In this document: positions 13,601 through 30,655 of the stretch, piece after piece
How the letters are laid out: every line of letters starts with the position of its first letter
Position numbering within the stretch: position 1 is the first letter of the stretch
Origin: Lama glama
Taxonomy: Eukaryota
Direction of reading: 5' to 3'
DNA length: 63,874 nt
Assembly: GCA_028534125.1 (NCBI GenBank)
Contig: CM052850.1
Coordinates: 24,614,001 to 24,677,874, forward strand
Position numbers and translations under genes: made by a program
Notes under the pieces: generated by a model
Seen by the model: only the letters and a program-made list of their open reading frames with translations
The model's database searches: none
Told to the model about the DNA's origin: nothing

Positions 13601-14984
13601 AGACGCAGCGTCACTGGGTAGACCCTCTCCTTGCAAAACGCTGTGCCCAGTGCACTCTGTACCCACGGCATCACAATGCACGTGCTTCGCAGTGTGCGTG
13701 GAGACCCATCTGCCATGTGCACTGCGACCCGTCCTGTCACACACACACCCCCAGCAGCCCGAGCAGCCTGCAATGTCCTGCCCAGGATGCACTACGCCGT
13801 CCACTCCCCCAGGCTCTCCCGTGTGCAGTCTGCTGTACCACACACACGCTGTAACGCTCCGTGTGCAGGGCTCCTCCTACCGCACCCCAATACGCTGCAC
13901 ACGTTTGTGTTAACTGTTTACACCTTACACTATTCACTATGCGTGGAGCCACTACGAGGCACCCACACCCCATAAAGCTCAGCATAGGAAGCGCGGTCTA
14001 TCTGCACAGCCCAGGCTACTCTGCACACACAGGCCTTGCCCTGCATCCTCCAGACACTACTGTGCTTATGGGGCACTATTCGGGGTCGGGGTCTCTCTCT
14101 AGTTCTACAGTTCTTGCTCCTCTGAACAATATTTTGCACATTGGCAAGCGTGACGTGTGCACAGCTAGAGTTTGGGGAGAAATATCCCACTGTTTTGTGC
14201 ACAGATCATGGGGGGGGATGCCCTCTCTCCTCCTGACCCTGTTTCTCCCCACAATCGTCCCGTCTCCAGGGGACAGTCACCACAAACATCCTACCCCGCT
14301 AACCCCCCCCAGCGACACCCCCAGGCCAAGCGGTTGCCTTTACTGCCCAGTGCCCACCTGGTCTGGGGCCCAGCCCACACTACCTTGTGTCGCCTTTGGA
14401 CGTTGCCAGGAAGGGGTTGGAGGGAGTGGGGAGTGGGGAGGCACCAGCCCGGCGCTAATGCAGAGCAGGGGAGGCGGGCGGGCGGGGCGGCTGCCCTCGC
14501 GGTGGGTGGTCGGCGGCCGCCCCCTGCCCCCGCCCGCCCGCCGCCCGGCCGGCACAGTCCGAGGTGGATCTGGTTCCCCGCTCGGGTTACGGCGTGCTCT
14601 CGCCCTGGCGGCTTCACTTAAGCAATTAGCCAGTAAAAGCACCTTGGGCTTGGGGAGTGGGAGACATGGCAGGCGTGTCTGTTTTTACACACCCCCCGCA
14701 TCTGGGGATTCCCGGGGCCGGTGTTGGGGTGCAGGTTAGATTTGGGATTGGAGGGAGTTCTTCATGGATCTTTCAGCTAAGAGCAGAAAGCTGTCTGCAT
14801 CCCTCTCTGCATTTTCTCCCGCTTTCCCTGGAGCTGAGCCCCTGGGGGTTTCGTTTGTGTCTTGTCTGTTTGGATTACCTGTCTTTTTCCGCACTGTCCT
14901 GTCCTGTCCAGTCCTCCCCGCAGCCCTAAGAAATAGGTGCCCTTATTCATCCCTTTTGTTTTTTTGAAGATACTAAGTTACAGC

Positions 14985-15200
14985 TTGGAGATTACAGCTA
15001 AGATCACTGTATCCTATACTTTAATGTTGCTAAGAGTAGATCCTAAATGTCCTCACCACAAGAAAAAAAGAATGGTAACTCTGTGACGGGTCGGAGGCCA
15101 TTTTGCCACAAACACATGTACCAAACAACACTGCACAGCTTAAACTTACCCAACATTACCCATCAACAGTATCTCAAAAAGCTGGGGGAATAAATAAACC
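14985..15200 (+). mobile_element. Old L1 (L1MA/MB-type) 3' end fragment
   Basis: gctaagagtagatcctaaatgtcctcaccacaagaaaaaaa...tatctcaaaaagctggggga resembles the L1M 3' terminus. Confidence 0.7.
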
Positions 15201-16699
15201 AACAAAGCCCACCCCCGCCAAAAAAACTAAGGCACAAATGGCTTAGACACTATCCCTACTCAGTGGAGGCTGGATTTAAATCCTCAAACCAGACCACCAC
15301 GGCCGTCTGCAGGTAGAGGGTCTCTGCCCTGTACACTGGAGGCCTAACCTGCTCAGACCTGGATTTACATCCTGGCTCTGCAGAGTGACCTAGAACTTGG
15401 GGCAATGTCACTGAGCCCATCTGTAAAGGGATATTGACAATATTGATAATACTGACTTGGTAGGGGCATCTGTGGAGACTAAACAAGTATCTTTAGGGTG
15501 TTTAACCAGGGTCCTGGGTTCATGAGTAGGAAGTTGTAGATTCACGGATGGGCACCCAGGCATTTGGTAAAACCTTGACAGCCACTCTACAAATGTCACA
15601 GGTTTGTGCTTTCCAGAAGGGGAAGGTGTAGGGTTGTAGGTTTGAATAGTTTATCAAAGGAATTCACAGCCTAGAGAAAGGCTAAGAGCATCTGAAGGTG
15701 CCGATAAGGGAAGCTCAGTACTGGGTGCACAGCCAGCAGTCGATAGGTACTATTGCTGTTGTGCCCGTGGTGGTGCACAATTTTATCGCCATGAGTTCTC
15801 TAATGGGTCTTTGTGCCCTTGAGCCTGGGAAGCCAGAGGTGGGGGGGGCAACAGAAGCATTTCTAAACCCCATTCTTTCCACCCCTGGCCTGTAACAAGG
15901 CATCTGGGAGGGTAAATTAAAAGGCAGTCAGTCCTTTGAGGTGGAGTGGAACCAGGGAGAGATGTCTACTTGGCAGCACTAGCTGGACCAAGCAGGGGCC
16001 TCAGTTTCCCCATCCCTAAAACATATGAACAGACAAGACCCTTTCTCAGGGGCCTCTTAAGAGCTGAAAGCTTGGTCTCTGGGAAAAGCCGTCCTTGTCA
16101 TGCCTGTGGCTCTTCCAGTTACTAGGGGGGCCTCCGAATCACAGAGCTGGGGCTCACCCCCCTCCCCTGTACCTCCCACCTCGAGGGAGATGAGGGATTG
16201 GGGAGCGCTTCCATCTGCCACACTTCTGAGGCTCTGAGGCCACTGTGCCCCTCAGTGACTGAGGGCCTTCCCCCCCACCCCCCACCCTCTGCAAAGACTG
16301 AGGGGTAAATGGAGGCCAGGTGGGGCCTGGACTCCGCACTGCCTCCCAGGAAGGCCTAAGTTTTCCCACCCCAAACACACAGGAGCCCCCGAGGAGCTCA
16401 CAGGGAGCCAGTGAAAAAAAGTCCGGTTCAGGAGGTCGGAAAACTGATCTGGGGGTTAGTCAAAGATGGAATCTGCAGCGCCCTCCCAAATGGAGAAGGC
16501 CTAGGAGGGAAGGGGGCTATTAGGAAAAGGGTCCCACCCCAACCCTCCTGCGCTGTAGAGCCCCTCACTTTGGGAGCATCCGGTCAGTGGGGGAGGAGCG
16601 AGAGAAAGGGAGGGGTTACTATCACTTTCTGGGAGCCTGGGGGTTTGCGCTGCACCCCTCGCTGACTTAGGAGCGGGCAACCTCCCCCGCTCGCCTCTT

Positions 16700-20426
<3,727 letters not shown>

Positions 20427-21759
20427 TGAGTGTGCTGCGGAGGCAGTCCCCAAACCGCTTCACGCCCTGGGCCAGAGCCTGTGGCCCGTTCTGCGGGGTA
20501 CTAACCCCAGTGCTGCAGGGAAGCATCAGCTCCCCAGGTGTCTCTCGGTCCTATCTCCCTCCATTTGAGGGATGAGTGCAGCTTGGAATCCCCCAGTGTG
20601 GGCTGAGAGATCGTTTTCTCTTTTAACTTCCAGCTGCTGGCTGCCTAGCCTGGCCAGGTAGGCCCTATCCTCACTAAAAACATTTAGACCCCAATATTCT
20701 AAGTTTCCTCGGGTCCCTTAGCCCCCTAGCACCTCAGCAAGTTCCCAGGATGGAGCCAGGGCCAGCCCCGGCCAGTTGGCTCACCCTCTTCAATCGCCCC
20801 CAGAAAGCTGTGGGAGAGCGGCCTCTGCTCTAAGCTGGGCAGGACAGAAGAGTTAGGCCCGAAGCCGGCTGGGCCTGGCGCGCAAAGGCTCAGCACCCGG
20901 CCTTTCAGGAACCAGGCCTGAGTGTGTGAAAGCTGAGCTGGGGGTATTTTGCGGTGACAGAGGCAGATGGGGGCCCAGATCGAGGGTCAGAGTTGCAGGC
21001 CCCACGGACTCTACTTGTTAGGAACCAGGCTTTCAAGACCCCAGGTACTGCCACCCCGACCCCTCCAAGAAAGAAGATGCACAACCTTCCCCTTGGAGCC
21101 CTTTATCGTGGCCCCCAACAGCAGCCTTCTGGACCCGGTTCTGTAACGAGCTCGGCACGAACCAAGCAAAGGCCTGTCAGGGGTTAGCTGTCAGCTGCCT
21201 TCGGGACACAGGAGCCGGGCCTAGGGGCCAGAGGGCCGCCTCTCCACAGGGGTCGCCTAGCTTGGCCGGCTTCAAACTCCTGGGTGCCAGCTGCCCTGGG
21301 GCTTGGTTCTCCAAGGGGCCTTTCCTCTGGAGAAGCCACCCTTGGCCCCTGTGCTGGCCCCAGCCGGCCCGGCTCACTGCACCGGGACCTCGGCAGCATT
21401 TGGGGTTAGCCTTTGGGGTGGCACAGGCTTCAGGCTGCCCTGGGAGTGGAGGCCTCCGGGCCCTCCCTGCTGGCCCACCTCGGCCCCTTTCACCACTTCC
21501 CCTTCGGCCTCCGGAAGCTCCTGTCCCGGCTCTCGGTGTCCAAGGCAGGAGAGGCCCTGGCAGCCAGCGGGCACTCGGGGGACCGGGACTGTTGCCGGTG
21601 TTCTGGGATCTTCCTCTGGGGCGCTGGGCCCTATGGAGCCCGGGAGCCCAGGGACTTGCGGAGGCGTCGCACAGGGGAGGCCTCGGGCCCTGCGGCCGAG
21701 CCAGGCGGGCCTGCCCTGTACACCCGTGGGCAGCACTGCTTCTCCACCAGGACCTGTGA

Positions 21760-21972
<213 letters not shown>

Positions 21973-23345
21973 GGCCACAGACCCCGGGGGCCCTCCGGGC
22001 ACAGGCTGGCTGGCGCAGGGACCTCGGAACCCGTTGCCAGGAACTGCTTTATTCTCGAGGTATAACCGTCGGCAGAAGAAAAGGGTTTGACCTCTCCCCA
22101 ACCGGATTATTCAGAAAGGAATCCCCAAGGCAAAAACCGAGCAGTGGCCAGCACCTCCCCCCTACTCCCTCAACAGTTTTTAAAAATGGCAGTGGTGGGG
22201 CTTGATCTGACTGCAGCTGTTGGTAAATAAATATCTATTTTTGATCTGTTGAAAGCGGCTGAGAAGGTGCTGTGCTGGGGAAAAACCCTCCACATCTAAA
22301 GAATTCTGCTGCGGTCTCCCCCTCTTCCCCTCCAGCGGCAAACGTCGGGGAAGGCTTTAGGAGAAAGGCAAACGTGTGAGGCCATCAGTACCAAATACTT
22401 GTATTTTGGGGTTGAGTATTTATCTTCTTATTTTTAACTTTTTTTTGGAAAGAATGTCTTGGAATTCGCGTCGCCTTTTAGAGCCGTCTTTTGCAGGGAA
22501 GAGGGGAGCAAGAAATCACCTTCTCCCTCCCCACCTCAGAAGTCCTCCGACCAACCACAGGTGGACCCTTGTGCGAATAACTTGCATTTCTGAAGCCACT
22601 GCTCCTCTTAGGAGAGAAACCAGAAGGCGCCCAGAAGCAGCGGCTCTCTGGCCTCTGCCGTCCCCGTCCGCCTTCCTCTTCTTCCTTTCCTTCAGCTTTT
22701 TGGTTTGGTGTCGAACTTTATCTTGACTTTTTGGGTGAGTGTTCTTCTCCCGAGACCCAGCTGTCTCCCAGTCTCTACTGTAAACCTTCTGGTGGGGGAG
22801 CGGGCGAGCAGGCGCCGCGGGGACGGGGAGGCCCGCTGAGCATGCCTATTCAGGATTGCGGTGACGCAGAAAGGTTAAGGCACTTTTAAAAAGAAAACCG
22901 ATAGCAAGGCTCATCCTGTTATTTATTCTACTTTCTTTCCCTAATAANNNNNNNNNNNNNNNNNNNNNNNNNNNNNNNNNNNNNNNNNNNNNNNNNNNNN
23001 NNNNNNNNNNNNNNNNNNNNNNNNNNNNNNNNNNNNNNNNNNNNNNNNNNNNNNNNNNNNNNNNNNNNNNNNNNNNNNNNNNNNNNNNNNNNNNNNNNNN
23101 NNNNNNNNNNNNNNNNNNNNNNNNNNNNNNNNNNNNTTTTTTAGTATTTTGGCTGCTGGGGTGCAGCGTTTGTGACACGTATTTTAAATTTCCTTCTGCA
23201 CTGTATAAAAATGACAATTTGAGGATGTTTTTGCCTTTTGTGTATTTTTTCCTAGAAAAAGAACAAAAATAAAAATGTGTAACATTTGTACATGGCCTTT
23301 AATATTGTATCAATTAGAAATAAAATCGCACGAGTATTTTATTGG
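21973..23345 (+). other. FOXF1: FOXF1 3' UTR
   Basis: Follows the stop codon, becomes AU-rich distally, and ends in AATAAA signals at 23268-23273 and 23319-23324. Confidence 0.75.
23268..23324 (+). terminator. FOXF1 polyadenylation signals (two AATAAA)
   Basis: AATAAA at 23268-23273 and 23319-23324, with upstream TGTA motifs and downstream T-rich sequence. Confidence 0.7.
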
Positions 23346-24249
23346 GATTGCAGAGTGTCTTCCAACCCCAAAATACAGAGACCAGTCTGGGATTTCTAGA
23401 CTTTTTTTTTGCATTTAAAGTATGGATGATTCTTCATATTTTCTCTCTATTTTTTATTTGTTGGCTAATCCTTCTCTTTTCACTCCTCATTTCGCATTGA
23501 ACTGAAATCTGGACAAGAGTAACTATTTTTCTTGGCTTCTGTTTTTTAAGAAGAGCCCTCTGCCCCTCTAAATGTCATTTCTTGTTTTAAAGAAATAATC
23601 AAACATTTAAAGAAAAGCCGCAGTCCTCCTTCCGCCAGAAAAAAACATGTATATATACACATATATAAAAAATATTTTAAACTTTTTTTTGGCCACTCCA
23701 AGACCAGTGAGGATTTTACTTCTGAGTTTCAGACTTTACTGTTCCCATATTCCAGCTGTTATAAATCATGGAACATCCTTTAAGGTTTTTTTGTTTCGGG
23801 TTTTTTTTTTTTGGTGCCCTACACTTGGTTTTCCCCAAAAGAGAAGTGAGTAAAATCTGAGCAAGAGAAGGGCCCTTGCCGGGAGAGCAAGGTGACAGGC
23901 ACGTCTCCCGTCTGCTTACGTTTCCCCCTAAATCATCAGGGGGGAAATCCATTTCAAAAAGCCTGTCTCCCCTCCTGACCCTCTTTCTATCCCAATTCCC
24001 AGCTACCTAGGAAAACAAACACAATAAAGTCACATTGTCAGCGCAGCCGTTCAAGACCCACCACAGTTTCTCCTCATCGTGGGGTCGTGAGCCTCTGAAC
24101 CTGGTTCTTCTCAAATTTGACATTTTGGACATGAGGGTAATTTCTCCGGTGCTCTGTTACATCAAAATTATCAATAAACTCGCCTGGGCAATTAATGCCC
24201 CCAACTAACAGCTGTCCGTAAAAACCAAGATAAAGGGGACAGGAAAAAG

Positions 24250-25700
24250 CCAGCGACTCTCTCCCTGGGGTCTTGGGCAGTCGAAACCGTGGGCCGGGTG
24301 CTGGGAGCAGCTTCTCAAGGGCAGAGAAGGCAATGTCCTCCGGGTGGAGGCCACCTCTCCGCGTCCCCTGTCTCCCACCGGTGCTCAGGAGAACAGGGCC
24401 ATCGAAAAGCCTCAGGTCTCCAGCGAGGGCCCTTTGCACTGACACCCCAGACAACCTCCGCAGGCAGGAGCGGGACTCCCTCCTCCCTCCCTCGGAGCCT
24501 GCGCCCCAATTAGGACGAGGCTCCGGGAAGTGGGGCTGATTAGGAGAAACCCAATGCCAGTCCAGTCGGCGCGCTCCCTGGTCTCCTGTGCACCATCTCC
24601 AGCCCCCGAGCCCATTTGCTTGGCCCCTTCTTGAGCCAGAGGCCGCCTCGAGCCCTGGTAGTGCGCTGCGGCTTTGGCGCCACTGGACCAGCGTCTAGGG
24701 CGGCGGTGAACCCCGGCTTCCTGTTCATCTCCCGGGCGGTGCCTTCATTCCAGCAGGGTCTCCCAGCGTGCCGCGTCCTGGCCAGGCTGGGTAGGAGGCA
24801 CCCAGAGGGGCCTGTGCAGGAAAACCGGCCCCGGGGAGCCCAGAGATGGGCCTGGCCTGTGTCGGGGCCTGACCCGGGGCCAGGGCATGAAAGAAAAGTC
24901 CAGCCTTCTCCGCCAGGAGAGCCTGGCTCCAGGCAAGGCCGGGAGGGCCAGATTCTACAGGCATAATGGCCTCCGCACCCGCGCCCGAGATTCCACGCTG
25001 CCGATGCGGGAGACCATGCTTCCTTGGGTCGAGCCTTCCCTGAGGCCCATTTCGCCCGGCTCGCTCAGGGAACACAGACGAGGGTGCCAGCACAAAAGCA
25101 TGCCCAGCTCGTGCACATTACCAGCTTAAAATGCAAAGCTGCTTCTGAGTCTGGTGCAAAATCACCTGCCCTGTGCGCGTAGAAGTGTATTGGTCTAGCT
25201 TAGGGGCTTTCTCCTATAGAATTCATTCAGAAGTTCTGCGTACACATTTAGCGGGTTTGGGTCTGTCCTGGAACAGTGCAGTCAAGGTACCCTTGGGGTA
25301 TGAACAGCCCCCCAAAATAATACGCCCGGAGGCAGGAAGCGGCCAGGACGCACGTGGCGCAGCTTCTGTCTGTGGGTTAGGTATCCCACGCGTGGGAGCC
25401 GCGGTTCTCGGCGTGGGGCTGATGCCCAGGACACAGCTGAGCCTCAGCTGCCGGCTGCTGCGGCTCCGGGCGACGGCAGGAGCAGCAGCAGCGCCTCGTG
25501 CAGCAGCCCAGCTCCCCAGCCACTGGCAGACAGCGCTCAGGGTGCGCACTTCTGATGGGAAGGTGCCTGGCCCTCGAGGCCTGCCATGCCCCACTGTTTT
25601 CTTTTTCCTTTGGGGCTGGAGGGCTAGGGACCGGGCAGCGGAGGGGCACTGAGGGCCCGGCTCCCCGCCTGCAGCTCTCCGGGAGGTAGTGGAAAGAGGG
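24250..25700. promoter_or_regulatory. CpG-rich region downstream of FOXF1
   Basis: Elevated CpG; tandem CCAAT-type boxes at about 24506-24555. Confidence 0.4.
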
Positions 25701-25719
25701 CGCTCAAGTTCCCACTCTG

Positions 25720-25785
25720 CCACCGCTTGACCTGGGCAAGCCACATCACCTCTGAGCCTCGGTTTTCCTCATCTCTGGTAACAGT
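25720..25785. mobile_element. MIR SINE fragment
   Basis: tgacctgggcaagccacatcacctctgagcctcggttttcctcatct. Confidence 0.65.
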
Positions 25786-28700
25786 GTTCTGTTGGCCTTT
25801 GGAAGGTAGTGGTCAGTGAGATGGTGCTCGTTGGGAGCAAGAGTACAGCCTGGCGCTGTGGAACCCAGACAGGAATGAGCCCTAAGGTCTTGGCATTTCT
25901 CATCTGCCTCCCCTGCAGTCTGGAGGCGGGTGCTATACGAGGTGCAAGAACCGTGTTTCACAAGGCCTCCTGCTCAGAGGCTGGGGAACCGCTGGACTCC
26001 CCATCTTCCAATATGACGCACCTGGACTTTTGCTCCCTTCTCAGGGAGAAGGGAGACCTTCTGTTTGACTCAAGAGATGGAATTCTGACGGAGAGGGTGA
26101 TGTTGAGTCTGAGGTTCTGCCTCGGATCTGCCCCAAGATCCCCTCCAGGTCAGAAAGCCCTGAACTCAAGGGCTTCCCTTCTGACGGCAGGTCTCAGGCT
26201 GAGGCCCAGGAACTGCCCCCATCAGACATACTCAACTCAGTACTCAGTACTCCACTCAAGCTGCAGACGCAGGGTTGGTGGGGGGGAAGGCAGGGGCTGA
26301 GAGTCACTGATTAGACTGTCCTGAGGTGGGACCCCGGAGTCCACGGTCTCACAGGTTTCCAGGTGGTCCCGGTGGGTGCTAAGCTTAGTCTCTCCTCCAG
26401 CGTTCTCTGGGCTCCTGAGAAAATGCTGGTGAAGGCGGCTCATGTGGCCTCTGCTGCCCCCTCCCGCCCAGCGGCCCGGCGGCTTGAGAATCCAGGCAGC
26501 AGCTGACTGTGGGACTTGGGGTCCAGGCAGGCAGATGCAGGGCTGGAGCTCAGGAGGCAGCGAGTGCTGGCCCCACGGCCACCCTCTCTACACACCACTT
26601 CCATTCACCTTCTCAGCAGCCCTCTTAGGCAGGTCATATGACTTACTGCTCCCACTTTCCAGATGCACAAACGAGCTCAGAGAAGTTAGGAGACTTTATC
26701 AAGACACGGCTGGTGAGGGATAGAATGTGCACACAGACCCAGGACTTTCTGGCCCCAAAGCCCATGTCCCTGACCATCATGTCTCATGGCTCCTGGACAC
26801 CCATTTTCCTCCAGCCACGAGGCTCCTAATGAGAAAAGAGGGACGCTGAAGTGTGGTCCATGACCCAGGCTCTGCCACTTCTGGCTTCGGCTGGGGAGAC
26901 AGCAACAGGCAGGGGCCACACAGGGGATGGGGATCTTTCAGACCCCTGCCTCCATTGGGATGGGGAGGGGAAGGCTCTCCCTGGGCCCTGGCTCAGACCC
27001 CTGACGCCAGGTTTGCCTTCTCTCTGGGACAAGGGACTTTGTTTTTATGGGTTCCCACCATGGCCCCCCCCGTGAGGGCTCCCTTCACTTCCTTGGGCCC
27101 CTTGGTCAAAGAGAGGCAGAAGCCCAAGGCCAGAGGGGCCAGCTGGGGCAGCACTGCACCTGCGCCTCCCACTCTGCTTCTGGAATCTTCTGAGCATCAA
27201 CAGCTCAGAGTTCTGGGAGGCCCTTGTTGAGCATCTCCCACCGGCAAGCCAAGTCCACTCACGACAGGACACTGACTAACTGTGGGGCCAAGACAAATCA
27301 CGGGCCTTTAACAACCGCATTGATTTACGTGCTGTGGGGATGGGCAGGGAAAGAGGGGTGAAGGACGTTCGCAAGTATAAAGTGTTGTTGGCACAAAACA
27401 CTGGATGGAGGAGGAGCCGTCAGGGCTCACCCAGTCAGGCACACTGAGCACCCACGGCCACTGGACCACAGGATTCAGAGGCTGCCACAGGCCAGCGCAC
27501 TGTTTACAGCACCAGGATACTTGGGGTCAGTCACGTCAACACTCTGAAGAGGTGACCTCACCAAGGCCGGGGCAACCCCAGCCCCGAGCAAAAGCAGAAA
27601 GCCGGTGCTGTTCAAGACCCCAGTGTGAGCGCGGTCACCAAGGTCCCCTCCAAGTCTCACAGAGTTGTAGGCTGTCTGCCTGGGGACGCAGTGGACAGAG
27701 TGCTGAGGCCAGGCGTGGGCTGTGCCCTGCAGCTTATTTTCCGTTGGGCACTGTCAGGAGGACGGGACGGCAGCTCTAGGGGAAACGCTGCAGCTGGACA
27801 GTGGTCTGCGGAGCAGGGGTGGTGATAAGCCTCCCCAGCCATCTTATGAAAACCACAGCATCACATCAGGGAGGAGGCATGGACCCTGAGTCCTGCTGCG
27901 TCTGGGGTTTACAGACATGGGGCACGTCAGGTGCTCAGATAACCCCTGGAAAAGGAAGAAGCATTTCTGTGCTTGGAAATCTCCCCCAAAGCAAGCCATA
28001 GGTCAGCACACCGTGTTTCCGGGTCCCGCTCTGACACCTTCGCATTGTCACAGCCTGGGTGAAGTGGGGAGGGCTGGGCCACCTCTGTCCAAACGGTGAG
28101 AAGCCTGGCGGGTCCTTCCCTGGGGAGGGAGCTCAGGGTCAAGGGACCCTCCTTGGGAGAGGAGAGGCAGTCCAGCATCAGACCCGCCCCGGGTTCGCCC
28201 CTGGCTGTTTCTCCATGGGGCGGCAGCGCCACCTGCCGTTCACTTCGAGGTTTGTCTTGGCCGCCAGCAGGGCCCCCACAAAGAAAGCTATTTCTCCTGA
28301 ACCGGGACGGAAGCTGTGCAGAAATGAACTCGATTTTGATGTTTTAGGCCCTTTGACCTTTGTTAGGGGGTAGGCAGCTAGCTTTTTTTGGGAGAGGGCC
28401 AAACTAAATTAATTTAATCTTTTCCTAATTACACAAACGAATGGGCTTATTTAAAATAAAATAAATGAGCCATAGAAAAGTGAAGGAAGAAAGCAAACAT
28501 CGCTTCAATACGCCACCCGGCCCCAAGACAACATGTGGTCCCCAGGAGACACCTCCCTGCACACACACAGACCCTGCCATCCCTGAAGAAGCAGGTCATG
28601 AACATAGTGGTTGAGACTTTGGGAGCCAGAGGACCTGAGTTTGAGTCCTGACTCCGCCCCTTCCTGTGAGCTCTGGCCAGTGCCTGTCCTTTCCACGCCT

Positions 28701-29079
28701 CCTCTTCCCCGTCTGTAACATGGGGATGATGGCAGGAGCACCTCTCTCAGCATTAAGTAAATTAGAAAAACAAAAACAAACAAAAAACCTCTGAAGGGCT
28801 TACAGGTGAAGAAACCAAGAGAGGGCAAGCACTCTGCCTGAGGATGCACAGCTAGGACAGACAGAGCTGGATGCACTGCAAACCCTGGTGGGCGTGGCTT
28901 CAACACCACATCCTCAGCCACTCAGTCGATGGTCTCTCTGGTGTCCCACGGGCCACCGTGGCTCCCAGCTACTCCTGAGGCCTGTTGGTGGTTGAGATGA
29001 TGGACCCCTGCATCCCCAGAGGACGGGCTTCTCCTGTGATGGGGTGGGGGGCCGAGGCCCTGGGGCTGAAAACCAGCTC

Positions 29080-29195
29080 TGCAGTGTGACCTGACCAAGT
29101 CATATAACCTCTCTGAGCCACATCTTTCTCACCTGGAAAATGGGGACATAACAGAATCTGTTTTGTGGGTTCTTCTAAGAGTTAAGTGAGTTAAT
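29080..29195. mobile_element. MIR SINE fragment
   Basis: gtgtgacctgaccaagtcatataacctctctgagcc...tctcacctggaaaatgggga. Confidence 0.65.
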
Positions 29196-30269
29196 CCGAC
29201 TCTAAGGCAGAGAAGGGTGTTTAGTTTGCTCACAACTCAGCAGTTTAGGGTCTGAGTTTATTGCTTCCAAACTATCCAACGTGCAAAATGTCCACATTAC
29301 ACGGTCCCATGTCAGCTCCTATTATACCCTTCATGATTTATGGACATCGAAAATAAAGGATTCCATTCACAAGAAGAAATCCTACCCCACCCACTAAGAG
29401 GAACGGGAGCATGGGCTCCACTATGCAGAAGCCTCTGCTTGTCTGCAAGATTGCCGAGGCTGTCTCTGCTGAAAACCTAGGATGATGACAAGGACTGGCA
29501 AAATGATGGGACTTGCAGGGGAGGACACGGCATGGGATGGGGACAAGCGGGGCTCCGCCATGTGCCAGGGAACAACGCATCACAATTCAGTGCCTCAGTC
29601 TCTTCATTCACACATGCAGTAAAATACAGGGCTATTTCCAGCAAAAGAGGCAAAGCTGGCCCGATGACCATCACATGTTGGGCTTCCAACAAGGGGAGCT
29701 ACTTAGTGATGTGCAGACCAGGGCTGAAGGCAGCAGGACAGACGTGACACAGAGTGGGAACACTGCCTAGAGACTCTCCTGCAGGCTTCTGAACTGAGCA
29801 GACCTGGCCCCAAGTGTGTCTCTGCCACCAGCATGTGCACCCTGGGGGAAACCGCCACCCCCGACCCCGCATTCCTCTTCTAGAAAGCGCCCCTGGTTTT
29901 GTCTGCAAGGTGCAGGTGACCCACAGTGACACAAGACAGATACGTGGGTAACTCTGGCTTAGTCTACCATCAGCTGCAACCTGAGTCTCGGCTTCACTAG
30001 GGAAGCTGGGGGGAATATGGACAAGTCTCCTGGTTATCAGTCTGTGAAGAGGGACGTCCTTCTGAAGTGACTGTGAGGGTGAAGTGACATTATGCACTTG
30101 CATATCTATGAATGTAATTTGTATTCTGAAGTTGTACCTTCAGTACTATATACGTATTTATAAATACATCATACCATTTATACACGAATATCATTATCTA
30201 TAATGTCAATGAAATTATGCAACTGATTATTAATGAAGACTAAATCACGCTCCAAATTTAAAGCAGCAA

Positions 30270-30655
30270 AATTCATTCATCTCACTCCTGACTGCAGTCT
30301 GGGCAGGGCTCAGTGGAGACGACCCGTCTCTGTTCCAGGAGGCACTGGCTGAGACGGCTCATCTGGGGCTGGGGGACCCACTTCAATGGTGCACCCGCGA
30401 GGCTGGCGAGGTGGTGGTGCTGGCTCCTCGCGGCTGGGCCTCTGCCTGGGAAGCTCGGGCTTCTTCACAGCGCGGTGGCCGGGCTCTAAGGGATCTGAGC
30501 AGATGAGGTGGAAGCTGCCAGTTTCTTAGCCTCTTCATGCAAGCTGGCAGTGTTCACCCAGCTGTCCCAGATCCCAGATTCAAGGAGATCTACAGAGACG
30601 CCTTCTCTTAATGGGGCATTGAAGAACTTTGGGGAAACATTTTACAATTTCCACA
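30270..30655. mobile_element. MLT1-type (ERVL-MaLR) solo LTR
   Basis: Motifs tctgggcagggctcag, gcttcttcacagc..ggtggc, gaggtggaagctgcca and cagattcaagga are typical of MLT1H/J/K LTRs. Confidence 0.6.

Noticed and set aside
13222-14739. 210-aa and 292-aa plus-strand ORFs
   Set aside because: Low-complexity or GC-rich sequence with no recognisable homology or exon structure.
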